Positions 14,001 through 29,300 of a stretch of 64,000 nt of DNA are shown piece after piece (position 1 is the stretch's first letter; each line of letters opens with the position of its first letter). Below the pieces are notes generated by a model. The model searched no databases, was not told the DNA's origin, and saw only the letters and a program-made list of their open reading frames with translations. The stretch is from Schmidtea polychroa (taxonomy: Eukaryota), in assembly GCA_044892525.1 (NCBI GenBank), contig CM097888.1, positions 1,922,001 to 1,986,000 on the forward strand, given 5' to 3'. A program made the position numbers and the translations under genes.

Positions 14001-16093
14001 ATTTTATGTTGTCCATCTCTCTAATCTGTCCATCTATCTCTATTTTATCTTGTCCATCTCTGATCTGTCCATCTATCTCTATTTTATCTTCTCTACCCCT
14101 ATTTAATCTGTCCATCTATCTCTTTTTTATCTTGTCCATCTCTCTAATCTGTCCATCTATCTCTATTTTATCTTGTCTATCTCTAATCTGTCCATCTATC
14201 TCTTTTTTATCTTGTCCATCTCTCTAATCTGTCCATCTATCTCTATTTTATCTTGTCTATCTCTAATCTGTCCATCTATCTCTATTTTATCTTGTCCATC
14301 TCTGATCTGTCCATCTATCTCTATTTTATCTTCTCTACCCCTATCTAATCTGCCCATCTATCTCTTTTTTATCTTGTCCATCTCTCTAATCTGTCCATCT
14401 ATCTCTATTTTATCTTGTCCATCTCTATCAAATCTGTCCATCTATCTCTATTTTATCTTGTCCATCTCTATCAAATCTGTCCATCTATCTCTATTTTATC
14501 TTGTCCATCTCTCTAATCTGTCCATCTATCTCTATTTTATCTTGTCCATCTCTAATCTGTCCATCTCTCTCTATTTTATCTTGTCCATCTATCTCTATTT
14601 TATCTTGTCTATCTCTAATCTGTCCATCTATCTCTATTTTATCTTCTCTATTTATCTATCTAATCTGTCTATCTATCTCTATTTTATCTTGTCCATCTCT
14701 ATCAAATCTGTCCATCTATCTCTATTTTATCTTGTCTATATCAAATCTATATATCTATCCAGTATCTAGCCTATTATCATCATATAGAAAGATACAGATA
14801 TAGAGATAGAAATAGTCAAAGATAGACATATAGGTATAGATAGACAGAGAGATAGATGACATTAAGTGCACTGGAACATAATTGCTATACAATACTTATG
14901 GAAACCCCTACGATTACCGCATATATCAAATATAATGTTTCACAGAAATAAAATGGCATTAAAATCCACATATAACCAGTAAATAACACAAAATCACATA
15001 TTCAATATTTGCTCATAATCAGTGCAACGGATGTTGTAGTAATGCCATGTAAATTGTACGCTAAAGTTCCCAATTAATGGCCAGCACAAGTTGATCCACA
15101 TATAGCAATAGTCACACCAAGTAGCCATAAATAACATTGGAACGGAAGGAATTAATATGTACCATTATTTGTGAATGAGCATAGGACAATGTTATTCATT
15201 GATTAATGTTGTGATTCATTTCTAAGCCCGATGCTATCATAGAGTACACATGCCGGTTCCTTAATGCTCAATCGGAACCTCCTGATTCATGACAATGGGG
15301 CAGAATTCATTATAAATCAATTTCATTAGGTTCCTAGTCAATAATATCAGTAAATAGTAGCGGATAATAAGGTCATATGAGGCTATATGAGGTCATTGCG
15401 ATTGATCAGGTCAAACAGATGATCTCACTGATTGCCTATTTATGCAAATGGATCTAATTCAGTTACTCGCGTCCTTATGAAATATATCTCACAAATCAAT
15501 TGTTACTTTTTTAAAGCTCGGAATAATTTACTGTGAGCTTTATAGAATATTTTCCAAACATAAATAATTGATTTAACAAACAACTCAAATTGGTGTTTAC
15601 ATATGCATTTTGTTCATTTCATAATTTGTCACTCAATAACCACAGGCTAGCATTATTCCTATCGTTGTTCTTGTGCTTCTTCCAAATGCAGGAACCTACA
15701 GGAAACCAGCAGATAATTATATCGGACCCTTCCGTATTACTAGCTGGGCGCTTGACATTTTTGTTCTTCTACACCTCTTTTATCGATTTGCCTTCTGAAA
15801 TATTCACTAGAAATTAATGACGAAAATAAGTTTCTTTCTAATGGAAGCAACAAAGAGCAAATATTAATAAAACTGCCCAATAAACAAAGTAAATACGGTA
15901 CATTGTTTAAATCAGTTTTGAATAAATTAAGGAGTAGGAATTGCGCTATTGCAATATTTTATCTCATTTCCGGTCAGATTTCCAATAGGTTCATGACTTT
16001 TTGCCGATAACTATCTCTCCTATTAATCTGTTCTAGCAGCATTTGATGAACTATAACAAAATGATATTTGCTATAGGTATTCCTCTTAATATA

Positions 16094-16157
<64 letters not shown>

Positions 16158-16228
16158 ATTAAAAATAATGGCAATAATAAAAATATAATAATAAAAAAAT
16201 AATAACCAATAAAAATAAATCAATAATA

Positions 16229-16263
<35 letters not shown>

Positions 16264-18094
16264 TAAAATAATCTCTATATATAAAAAAGCTAATGGTCCC
16301 CTCCATCCGAATTTTACTTTAATAAGGAGATGTTTGTACGAGAAATTTTTTTTAATTTTTAATTTTTTCTTTTTTTTCTTTTGAACTTCTATATTACTTT
16401 GAAACGGTTTATGCTATTATCTTTTATCATAGTTATGTAAACATATTAATAAACTGAATCTTACTCCTGTCCAAGAATACCCTGGATATTTACTTTAACA
16501 TTAACCCCACGTTCTAACGGGGTTGGTGAAGCGAAACGAGCAGAGGCAGAGCCTCTAGTATATTAATAAAAATAACAATAATAAAAATATAATAAATAAT
16601 AATAAGCAGTAATTATTTTAAATAATTAATAATAATAAATGTATAATAATTATCTTCTTCCCGAACCTACATTTCTATCTTTCTTTTATTTCTTTATTCT
16701 TACTTCCCATTGGTTATACATATAATACAATATAATGATATGCTTTATTTTTCTGAATTTTTAAAAATTTCAGTCAAAATTAAAATAAATATCATTTAAA
16801 ATTCAAAATGACACCAACTAAAATTTTTAAATTTTTAAAGCTTCAATAATTAGCCCTAGAAGCCTACTCCAATAAAATATTTTAAAATATTCTAAATAAA
16901 ACCTCAATAACTATTTATATACGCTATTTAAACATTTCAATAAATGTGTCAATCTTGATTTTTAAATCCTCTTTTGAAAGCATATTTCCTAAAATCTCTA
17001 TATTATTTTAATTATTACTTTTTTTATTATTTATTATATTGTTAATATATTGTCAGCCAGCCAACAGATCAAATTGATGCTTTCATTGATTTCTTTAGTG
17101 TTGAATTTTTCTTCTTTGAATCTGACATTTTTTCTATGTTTCCATTAGCTATGATTTCGATTGAAATATTTTTTCTTTCCTCTTTTGGCTGACATGGTTA
17201 GAGATGTTTGTTTACCGAGGATGTTCCACCAGGATCTAGATGTTCTTTTTACTCTTTGGTGCAAGGTCCTGAGGGTACTTCCAATGTAGATTTCATTGCA
17301 TACATTGCACGTGACGCAATAGACGATGTTTTTCTAAAGCACATATCTTTCGGTGTCTGGCAGTTTTTCATTGTGCAATTGTTTTCTCTATTTATGTTGC
17401 CTGCCAGAGCCCTTCTCAATGTCCAAGATTTATGTGCTATCCGAATTGGGAGACCGGTACGTTTAAGTTCTTTCAGGATCTTGAAGTCGAGTATGTCACT
17501 GATGAATGGGATATTCAGATAGAAATATTTCTGATTCTTTTGTGTTAATTCCCTAGATCTTCTTGGGGTAGAATTCATTCTTTTTTTAAATACATTATTT
17601 GCAGCAAAAGGCTTAAATTATTACTTTATTGTTTTAAATAAATGCTGCTANNNNNNNNNNNNNNNNNNNNNNNNNNNNNNNNNNNNNNNNNNNNNNNNNN
17701 NNNNNNNNNNNNNNNNNNNNNNNNNNNNNNNNNNNNNNNNNNNNNNNNNNNNNNNNNNNNNNNNNNNNNNNNNNNNNNNNNNNNNNNNNNNNNNNNNNNN
17801 NNNNNNNNNNNNNNNNNNAAATATTTTTCAATAATAATAAATATTAATCGATAATAATAAATAAATAATAATCAATAATAATAAATATTAATCAATAATA
17901 TAAAATAAATATTAGTCAAGAATAATAATAATAAAAAAATCAATGATTATAATCAATGATTATAATCAATAATAATAAATAAATATTAATCAAGAATAAT
18001 AATAATAATAATAATCAATAAAAATAAATAAAAATTTTTCAATAATAACCAATAATAATAAATATTAATCAATAATATAAAATAAATATTAGTC

Positions 18095-18132
<38 letters not shown>

Positions 18133-18546
18133 TAATAATAATAATAAATAAATCCATGCATCAAAATCGCGTAAAATGGAAATAAATATGCACATGATAT
18201 CAGCACATAAGTAAGTAAAAGAGTAACATCTGCTAATTCCAGTATCAGTGTAAAATATTCCATTCGCGCTTACTATTGGAATGCTGACATAAAAACCGAC
18301 TCGTTTTTGTCCAGCCAGCCACCAGTTGGCATTTGAATCCCACTCGGTCCTAAAGTGAACCATTTACCAAATAATCTAGTTGACTGTAATCATTCGGTAG
18401 GCATGTTGTTGACTGTGCAACGCGCATAACTTCATAAATGGATTAATACTTTTAATATCGAATCTATACACCAATAACAGCGCCTATTGCGTGACTTTCC
18501 AATGTTCTTATTTGTTTATGAAACTTTGTTGTATTGAAATGCATTG

Positions 18547-18581
<35 letters not shown>

Positions 18582-20225
18582 CGCTATTATACAATATAGA
18601 TTTTGAGGTGCAATTTACTGCATTATGGATATTATGGAATTAAATCAATAAATTGACATTTTTTCTCAATTCCAATCTAATAAAATTGTTTCCCCATTAT
18701 AAAATTATCCTCGTGTGTACCAAATAAACCAAAATTTATTGATGAATACTCGATAAAAACTGTGCCGATTATTTTAAATTAATGGAATTATTAACCCTAA
18801 CCATAACAGGTCCCGGTGCAAATTGCCCCTTCCCAAGCTACGTCTCTATTATCATTCAAAGCAGCGTTTCCCAGAATGAAATATGTTAAAAACAAGACAA
18901 TTGAGTCTAGAATACGGCTAATGGTCTCCAGCGAGTCCTGTGACTTTGCAAGTCTCTCTGCAAAAATGCAAGAGCAAGGAAATTATTAATGGCGATGTTT
19001 TCCAAACTTCTTGAAACAATTGTTGTAAAACGTTTTTTTGCCCTATATGACGTTACGTAGACATTTTTTACATATGTAGACCTGTAAATTGGATACTGTC
19101 AACTGCTGCACCTTTAAAATCACAGCTTCGTAAGTCTCTAAAAAATCTCTAGCATCAGACCTATTTCATCGAGATTGTATATGCCGATCCTCCACCAAAT
19201 GTTTCTGCTTCTCAATGACCATCGTTTACCAAATTACTTGCACAAGATGTAACGCATCGTACATAGGTGAAACACATAGAACGTTCCAAACAAGACTCAA
19301 CGAACACGTCAAGAGCAAAACCAGCAATTATCACGAACACTGGAAAAAAGTGCACCACCCTTACACGAAACAAAATGCAAAATATTACAAAATGCGTTCA
19401 AAAACTCATTGCAAAGATTAGCCGCTGAGACTCTTTATATCAAAAAACTTAAACCGTCCATCAACATTCAACTAAATTAATATTTAATTATATTTAAAAT
19501 TTAAAATTAAAAAAATATAAAAAAAAATAAAATAAAATATTAAAAGATTAAAAATTTAATTAAATTACAGAATTTAAAATTTTAAAAAAATAGGAAATAT
19601 TATTTGGGTAATTGAAATAAAATATAAATAGAATATAATTAAACCAATAAATTTATTATAAAATACGAAATAAATTTATTTTTCCCCAACAATAATTATT
19701 AAATGTAATGATCAAATTCACTTGAGAAAGGCAGTGCCGAAAATTCGTGAGTATCAACAAGCATCGATATATTACTGATTTATAATCTTCAAGCTCTCTT
19801 TTTAATTTTCGTTTATTGCGTAAAAAGCATCTCCTTCCACTTATGACGTCGATTCATACATCTATTGCGTTTAAAATAATTTCACCATATTTGATAATGT
19901 TAACAATTAATAAAATAGTAATTTCTATTCTATTATTTATTTTTAAATGTTTTACAAGTCATGTTTATATGATTGTGCTTATACATTCTACTAGTGACGA
20001 AATTATAAAATGTTTGCTAGTGTAATCAAAATATTGAACTGATCTGATATAACTAAGAGTAATTGTGAATTTTCGGCACTGCCTTTTTTCAAGTGAAAAA
20101 TAAAAAAGGCAGTGCTGAAAATTCGTGAATATCAAAAACATCGATATATTTCTGGTTTATAGTCTCCAAACTCTCTTTTTAATAAATTCAATGGAAAAAA
20201 ATCAGCGGTGAAATTGGAAAAAAAA

Positions 20226-20310
<85 letters not shown>

Positions 20311-23300
20311 AGAGCCCAGCAGAGTCACCTTTAAAATCTGTGTTGGGGCTGCTGGGGTGTATGTGTGAATTTAAACGTTAAAGATTAATATTAACAACTA
20401 TTATCAAATATAAAAATAATTATTAATTTAACATAAAAAATATAACAAAATGTCTAATTCTCCTCCTAACTTTATTATAACAAAAAAGTAAAATCCTTCA
20501 AAGTGTTCACGAATGTTCATAAATTAACAGTATTGTCGTCCAACATTTCATTTTTGTTACTAATAATTTTCTTATTTCGATTTCATTTTGGATTTTTGAC
20601 TTTTTCAATTGAAATTTTTATTTTTAATAATAACTAGGGGCTCAGGCCCTGTTCGCTTCGCTTCACCAACCCAGTTAGAACTTGGGGTTAATGTTAAAGT
20701 TAATATCCAGGGTATTCTTGAACAGGAGTAAGATTCAGTTTATTAATATGTTTACATAACTATGATAAAAGATAATAGCATAAACCGTTTCTAAGTAATA
20801 TAGAACGATAAGTACAAAAGAATAAATACTTCATAAAAAAAATTAAAAAAGTAAAATTCGGATGGAGGGGACCTTTAGCTTTTTTATATATCGTGGTCTC
20901 ACTGTTGACGAATCTAAAACCTTAAATCCACTGTTTCCCATGGTTCCATAAATCGTTTCTAAAATTTATTTTCATCATAAGTAGTATTAAACTGCTCTTT
21001 ATTATCGCTGAATTTCCCAGATTTGTATATGACTTACGGATCGCGAATTGAACCAATCCATTTAGCAGTATTGCCGCCTTACACGCTTTTTTGGACATTT
21101 TAAGTTAACTGAAAACTGGGAGGGGGGTTTTTAAAAAAGCATTCAAAAAAGGTTCATTGAAAAGCATAAAAATAAATTTTCAATAAAAAAATTCGTAATA
21201 TTTTTCTATTTAAAAAATCCTAAATATATATAAACGTTTCCCCTTTACCCATAATTAAATAATCTGACTGCAGTAACTAATTATAGTTTGTACCACTTTG
21301 TGCTCCCTGAATCCCAAATTCTTGCGACAATATATTGGGTATTGAATGTTTCCCTCGCGTGCTGTATGTCAGATTACATAATCAAGCAGTCATTTGTGAA
21401 TATATTCAATAACGAGGATAACTCATTCAGACTATGACACGTAACCAAGCTCAGAAATTTCTGCAAGAAATGGGTTTCAGTTTGAGTGATTCTATCGGTG
21501 CTCTGGTTAACAATCAAATGGATCTTCCAAAAGCTTTAAATGAGTTGCAGAGTAAATATCGCATGTCAACAAACGGTGCAAATATTTCCAATAACATGTG
21601 CAACCAGCCCCTTTCGTTTAATCGGAACACCGAGAACGTTAATATTGGCCGTATTCCACCGGGCGCTACGATCAACCCCATTGTTGGTCAGAATACGTCG
21701 TCGATCCCATCAATAATGAACTCGAATTTCCCCAACAATATAGATGTGTTTCATTCTGAGATTTCTGATCAGGTTGGAATTGATTCTATTTTTATTAATA
21801 ATTAGTAATTTTGCATTGAATTAATTTCAATAGGTAAATTTGTATTGATTTCCATTAATTTTATAATTAATTTTATAATTGATAATTTTAAATTGATTTT
21901 ATAATTGATAATTGATTTTATAATTGGTAATTATGAATTGATTTGATAATTGATAAATTTTTGAATTGATTTTATTGTAATTGATTAATTTGTATTGATT
22001 CCCAAAAATTTTGTAATTGATTTTTGAATTGATAATTAGGTAAATTAATATTGATTTCCATTAATTCTATAATTGATAATTTTGAATTGATTTGATAATT
22101 GATAAATTTTCATTGATTATATATATATATATATACCTGATCATAGATTTATTAATTAAATTTTTGCTATATGTGAATTAACTGTTGTCGCATCAGTAGA
22201 TTTAGACTTTGGAATTAAGCGATAATTAATCAATATTTCTACATCTATTACAATGTGCATTTGTAACAGAAAAGATGCCGATTTACTCGTAATAACTATA
22301 AATTCATTGGGCGATATTGTTAAAATTATTCGTGCGTATTTCTCCAATATTATTTCTCCAAATCTATATTTATCGATATTATATATTTATTTCATTATTA
22401 GATAATATTGGATCAATAATATTGGTAGAAATCTTTAATTTGCCCATTTTTATCGACTATTTGCCACATATTCAAAAATGGTTTCATCCATATCGATTTC
22501 ATCGACATTTTACTATTTTTGAGTACTAAAACCTCTATAAACTTGTTATTATAGCACTGAGGAGGTAAATGAAAATGAAGATTATTATTTCCTTTCTAAA
22601 TAATATAACTGAATGTTTTTATCGATTATTACTGATTTGTCAAATATAAAATTATTTATATATTTGGTGTACGAAAGAAAAATTGATTCAAAGATATTGA
22701 TTCTATTATGAATATATATCCCAAAGCAGAGGTAAACATTTTATTATCAACCGAAATTATTAAAAACAAAAGAAGATATTCAAAATTTGAGCTCATAAAA
22801 GTGCAAATATATTTAGAGGAATTAAAAGGGGGTAGAATAGGACTGGAGAAAGCAAATTGCACCAAACTGAAAAATAATTATGAATAAGATGTTTCAACCA
22901 AACCTAATCAAAGACAAATTTACTATTGGATTAATCTTGCTGGGCTACTCCAACACTTTTAATCCATCCTCACTGAACTTATTAAGTGTAATTTTAGATC
23001 GATGACAAGGAGTGTTATTGTTATTCTGATGAAAGATGACATTGATACTTTCTGGAACTACTATATCTTTTATCAAATCATAGTAATTGTCACCATTAAG
23101 AGTTGTTGAACCACGCGTAAAGCTAGCTTTTTACCATAAATTATGGCACCCAATACCATAAATGATCCTCCACCACAAATATTTCTTTTGAATCCTTTAG
23201 ATGATGCCAATATTACCGTCTTTTTCCGAAAATAAGACACTGTCTTACTATTTTTTTGGGTCTAAAATACGCGCTAGTGCTTACTTTCGGTGGAGGGCCA

Positions 23301-26300
23301 AAATAAAAGTATATTTATATATTTTTATTTAATATTTATTTTACACAGAATGCAGAAATTTAAATTTATTCAATTACAGTCATGTCATCTTCTTCTGGAA
23401 CATCGCCATAAATAAAATTCTGAATTATATTCTGATTTTCTATCAAACCCATTTCCTGTTGAATCATTGGTCCGAATCTCTCATGTCTTGCGATATAGCT
23501 ATCGTTAAATGAATACTTCTTGTCTAAGTAGCCTGTTCGTAGTGCATTGGAAACATCACTATCAGTTATTTTGTCCCATGATTTTTTTTACCCAATTCAC
23601 AACTTCTTGTAAGCCTGGTTTTACAAAATTAGCTCCATGATTTCTCACCATTCTGTTTTCAATATATTTATTGATTTCCATCCGCAAATGATCCTTGAAT
23701 GGCTTGCTTATTGCAATGTCAAGTGTCTGGAGGTAATTTAGAGCGGTGAGAACTGGCCGAATCCCAAATTAATAAACCTCTATTCTGACCCCTCAACAGT
23801 GGAGGCAGCATAAAATCAATCCACTTTCTTATAACTGCTTGGGTGCACCAGCCCTTTTCACTTTCAATGACATAAATTCCTGAAACACGTTGAATCTGGT
23901 TTTTTGGCGATACTTTCTTGCCATCTAGACGAATCGCTAAAATGCAGGCAACACGTGCACTATCGTAACCGGTAGAAGGAACGTAAATTGTCTAGGAAGC
24001 CGTAGTGGTGAACTGTTGTTTGAGCTCATTAGCCTAGGAGTACCGCGGTCTCATCCATCAATCGATGCCATCAACAAAAAACTTAAATGCAAGAGCACGT
24101 TTAACAACTTTATTGTCTTCCAGCTTAAACAATGTTATTGTATTATTGTATTAATTAAATATTGACTATGAATTAGTAAAGTTATCGATGTCTTTTTCGA
24201 TATATTTAATGATTTATGGTAAATTTTTTTATAAATTATAATGTTAATTGAAAAGAAATCAGAAGTGAAAATTGTAAGTGAAAAATTTGTGCAAAATAAA
24301 TTTTTACAGTGAATAAAATTTTTTATTTTTTAATATTCTAGATAATTAAATCGCTTCAAAAATATAAATTTATATTTGTCAAAAAATCATAAAAATCACA
24401 ATTTAAATTAAATTTAATAAAATAATTTATAATTAATATTGTTGAATATCTATTTTCTAAAAAGAATATAATACGAGAGAAAATTTCACGATAAATAGCA
24501 ATTGTAATTTTTCCTTTGAAGGCCAAAATCTTTACTGTAAACCGTTTACTTTTTAATTTCCTTTAAATTCTTGCATGTTTGAAAAATCTGAAAATAAATT
24601 AAAAATAGAAAAAGTTAAATGATGAAAATTTTAGTGTTGTGGATTTGAGTCGTTACAAAGTAGCATAACGTCGAGTTGATCTTAAAACTTTTCGTTACAG
24701 TCCTTTTTTATCTTAAGTCAAGAAGGGTTTCAATAAAGACTTACAAAAGGCATTCTGGATGGTAATAGTTGATGTCGAAACTCTAGTGGATAATTTGTTT
24801 GATTGTCAATAATATTAAAATTCATTTTAAGCGTATTTTTGTTAGTTGGAGCTCGAATTATTTACTTGTCTATTCTTATAGTCATTGTTTAATGCATTTA
24901 AACATTCTCTTCATTTTCTATCGTTTAACAAGCTTTTCACTTTAAATTGAAATCTATAGAGCTCCAGGACTAAGTGTTAACTTGTAACCTACCATATTGG
25001 ACGAACGAATTCTACCCTAAAAGTTCTAAACCGCCAGGAAGTCAACTCGAAAGTTAATAAACTAAATTCAAATATCTACATAGACAATTTCAAACCAATC
25101 CTGTAATGTTGTTTGAGGTTATGACCATGAGAAATTAGACCTGAAAGCTATCCATTCTATGACATACAATGACACGGCTGATAAGTTTCTATTCTTTATT
25201 ACTATGCACCATTGGATTATATTGTATATTGTTATCAATTCACCAATTACAAACACAATATTAAATGATATTTGATCGCTACTTGCAAGTTAACGCGAGA
25301 TTATGTTTGTGTTTGCGATAAAATTTAAATGTCAAGGTATTCTCTAGTAACCATAATAGGTAGTGTAGTGGTGATAATAAGTACTGGTCAACACTGAACT
25401 GATTAAGCCTTATTTCATATTCTGCACAGCACTTTATTGTGTATCGCAAATATTTGCATTTTTAATTCATTCATTAAACTTCCTTCCGAGAATTTATTCA
25501 CTAATCAAATGCTATTATAATAGTCATTACTTCTATTACGAGGTCCCTATGATGTGGAAATGTATTTATATTTCCTATAAAAATTAGCTAATTCTTTTTT
25601 ATTATTTTGATTCCATATATGCTTCAATAGACAAAAGTCACTGTTATGTTAATTCATCGCCTTTTTCACATAATTAAAATCATAAGTTCTATTTTGATTA
25701 CATGCATTTCATTTTTGGTACTAGATAATTTCTATTTTACACTTTTCTAATGCACTTTCCTTTATGGATTAAATCACTTAACCGATTTTGAGCAACAGAA
25801 TAATTTCATATAAGGCAACAATTCATCCCAGATTTACTAATTCTGTTTCCCTATTGAACGCGGGACTACCCGTACGCCTTTATCCAGAAATGCACAACCT
25901 AAAAAGTGATAGTTATAGTAAAGCACGACCACATATCGAGGTGTAAACAAACAATTTTATTCCAATTGAGTATATTGTAAGTATTCTTTAAAGGGAGAGG
26001 AAGATCAGCTTTGGTGGCACTTTTGGTTTACTGTGACGAAAAGAGGAATTTTCTAGTAAGATAGATAGGTAAGCTTGAGACAATTCTATTTTCGGTTGTT
26101 TTTAGCCATAGACCTCGAGTTCCTCAACATTTTAGATTCATTCATCATACTAAAGAGAAAGGACTGATATTATTACAATAAATCATTACAATAGATACTT
26201 GAGGAAATATGAATGAAGATAGACAGTATTTTTATATTATTACATCTACATTTTTCTTTTATCATTTACTGCTTAGTAATTTATATAAAATAGTATTATT

Positions 26301-29300
26301 AATTTATTATTCAAACATCAATTATTATATCAATATCGATTGAATTCAATTTTTATATATATATATATGAATTTATATTACAGTTATAATTTACATATTG
26401 AATTTTAATAATTTTTTTATTTCGATCTATCCCCCCCCCACATCAAGATATTTCTTTTTTATTTGTCGAGCTTTTTTGAGAATCACTGCCAGTGTTTATT
26501 CATGTTTTTTCTTCCTCGACCTATCGCTAAAATATTCTGACTTCACTTTAGGAATAACAGGGCCTCTGTTACCATTAGGATAAACTAGAATAACTGCCTA
26601 GTTTAGTAGACCAAAATGTAACACAACAATTCAGGTAACAGTTAATGTGATCTTGTTTTTTCCTCTTCATTTTATGAATCGGTAACAAGATCATAAACGA
26701 ATGTTTCTAAGTATATTTTAGTTATTGATATTAGTAGTGAGAACTATAACTAATCCACTACTTCCCACGTATGGAATTGACTATCTTAAACCCCAGGAAT
26801 CTTTGAAATAATGTTCCAAAGATTCTTTGATGAAAAATATTTTTCGAAATGTTTAGTATCAATGCAATTTATTAAGTGGGCCTTCAATGTTTGTAGGGTG
26901 CCAATAATTGGTCTAATTACCAATATTGGTTATATATTATGTGGGAAATTTAAATGATTGGTTTGTCATGATAATATTGGTAATCCAACTTCTAGATGTT
27001 GGACAACAAATATATAATGGATCAAAACATGACAGCATTCAATCGAATGCCCGACTCTAGTCGCCAACAATCTCTTAATATGGCAAGACAAGATTCATAT
27101 CGAAACAACTATTCTAACAATGGCATTAACAGTCGATCTATGTCAACGAACTCTGGGCATTTCTGTAATTCCGATATTAGTCTACTCAATCAAAGCATGA
27201 GTAGAGTGAATTTCAATAATGCTCCCGCGAATATCATGAATCAAAACAATTCCTTCAATATCAGACCAAATAATAATTCCAGTGGATTTAATGGAATGCA
27301 TAATATTAGCAATAGTAATAATACTAACAATAACAACAACAACAACAACAACAACAATCCAAATCTTATGCTCAATAATAACGGTAATGTGGATGTGAGA
27401 CAGAATTTCACTGGGATGCCAAATGTGTTTGGTAGGTCGATTTCGAAACCACCAATTTTCCCAATGAACAATTCTGCAATGAATTGGCATACAGATCCGC
27501 CTGTAATGTCGCCAAATGGTGCTATACCAGATATGAGCCAATTACGTCTTGCCAAAAATTTGTCTTGTCCCGCCATCCCGGATAAAGTGATCGCCATAGT
27601 TATTAAAAAAGTGCAGCATGTTAGTTTTTTTAATTTTATTGATTATTTTATATAATTCAAAAAAATCGATTTACACAATAAAACTGCCCTAAATTTACAA
27701 ACTTGCATAAAACAATTAAATTTTTTATCGATTATATTAAAAATTGACGTTTTTTTATTATTTTATTGATTATTTTATAATTCAAAAAATCGATTTGCAC
27801 AAATTATTATTTTGCACAATAAAATTGTCATAAATTTACAAATTTTTATCGATTATATTAAAAAATTGACGTTTTTTATTATTTTATTGATTATTTTATA
27901 ATTCAAAAAATCGATTTGCACAAATTATTTTGCACAATAAAACTGTCATAAATTTACAAACTTGCATAAAATAATTAAATAAATTTTATCGATTATATTA
28001 AAATATTTGACTTTACTTTTTCATCACGAGTATAGATGAGAAATAAATTTTTTTTTGTGTAACATAAATTTTAAATTTATTGTCTCAATGAAAATAGATA
28101 ATTGCTGGATAAAAAAAACAAAAACATAAAATAAAGGATTTCACTGAAAACACTTGTGCATTATCGATTTCGAATTCTACACATTTAAAACAAAATTCAT
28201 CTTTCAATTATATTTTTAACTAAACCGTTTTCACCATGTTTTTTCCGTTGATTTGATTTTCAAATTCTGAATTGCCAAAAATTGCTTGATTATCGATTTT
28301 TTGTTTCGATGCATTTCAAACCTTTCAAGAACTTTCAAATCAAAATCTACACAACTTATCAAATATCGAATTTTTCTGTTTTGTTGTGCTTTTTAACTGA
28401 ATCCTTTTTAGCACATTGTCGATCTCGTATTCTGTACAATTTATAGTAAAATTTACTCTCCTTTGCATTCTGTGGTTTTATTCTTTTCCCTACATGAAGC
28501 TGATTCCTTTTTTATTTGTTTACCTACTTATCGAACTTTTCTTTTAGTTAAATAAGCAATTTCCTATTTTTTGCAGTGTTTTAAAATTTTCTCCCATTTT
28601 TCTAAACTAAACCGTTTCCCAATAATCTATTTTATTTCTGATTCTGAACTGTCAATAATTTCTTGATTATTGATTTTTCATACACTTCTAATGAAAATTC
28701 ACGAAAATCATCGATTTCCTTAATTAATGGTGAATGATAAAAGCTGTTCCTAAAATTTGTCTTATTCTGACTGACATCAACGAAAAGGGGAAATAAATAA
28801 CGATTTAGCCGTTGCCATCATTTAAATAAATAAATGAAAATTTTCTATTTTATGATTGATTTTCTGAAATTTCACATTTTGTCTCTTCATTTTTTAACAA
28901 AATTGATTTTTGGAATCCTGAGCTCCTCAAAGTTCCCAGAAATTCCTTTTAAATCCATAAATGACCATTTTCTGCTTTTTTTAAACATTTTTTATAATTT
29001 CCCTCGTTACCACGATATCAATTCCAAATCTACTGATTTCCTGTAATTTCACATTTGCACATCGAATTTTCCTTCTCGACTTTTCCGCTCTCCTCCCTTA
29101 ACTCTTTTACCAGGCATACGTTCATTCATCTTGATTGTATATCTAAATTGACGTTTTTAAATGATCAGCATATTGGGTGTAAAATCGATAAATTTAATGA
29201 TATTGATGATCTCCTTCGCCACTCCCATGCAATTAACCATTCAACCGAAACCTCTCGTATATATATATATATATATATATAATTGCCAAACCTGCAGTTC

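Noticed and set aside
11659-14803. Hydrophobic SISIL/LSIYL ORFs
   Set aside because: By-products of the pyrimidine satellite.
18140-18500. GC-richer segment with a GTAAGT..CAG mini-intron as a GW182 exon
   Set aside because: In-frame stops and no GW182-like content; origin unresolved.
18792-18810. TAACCCTAACC telomere-like motif near a PLE
   Set aside because: Fewer than two units; expected by chance.
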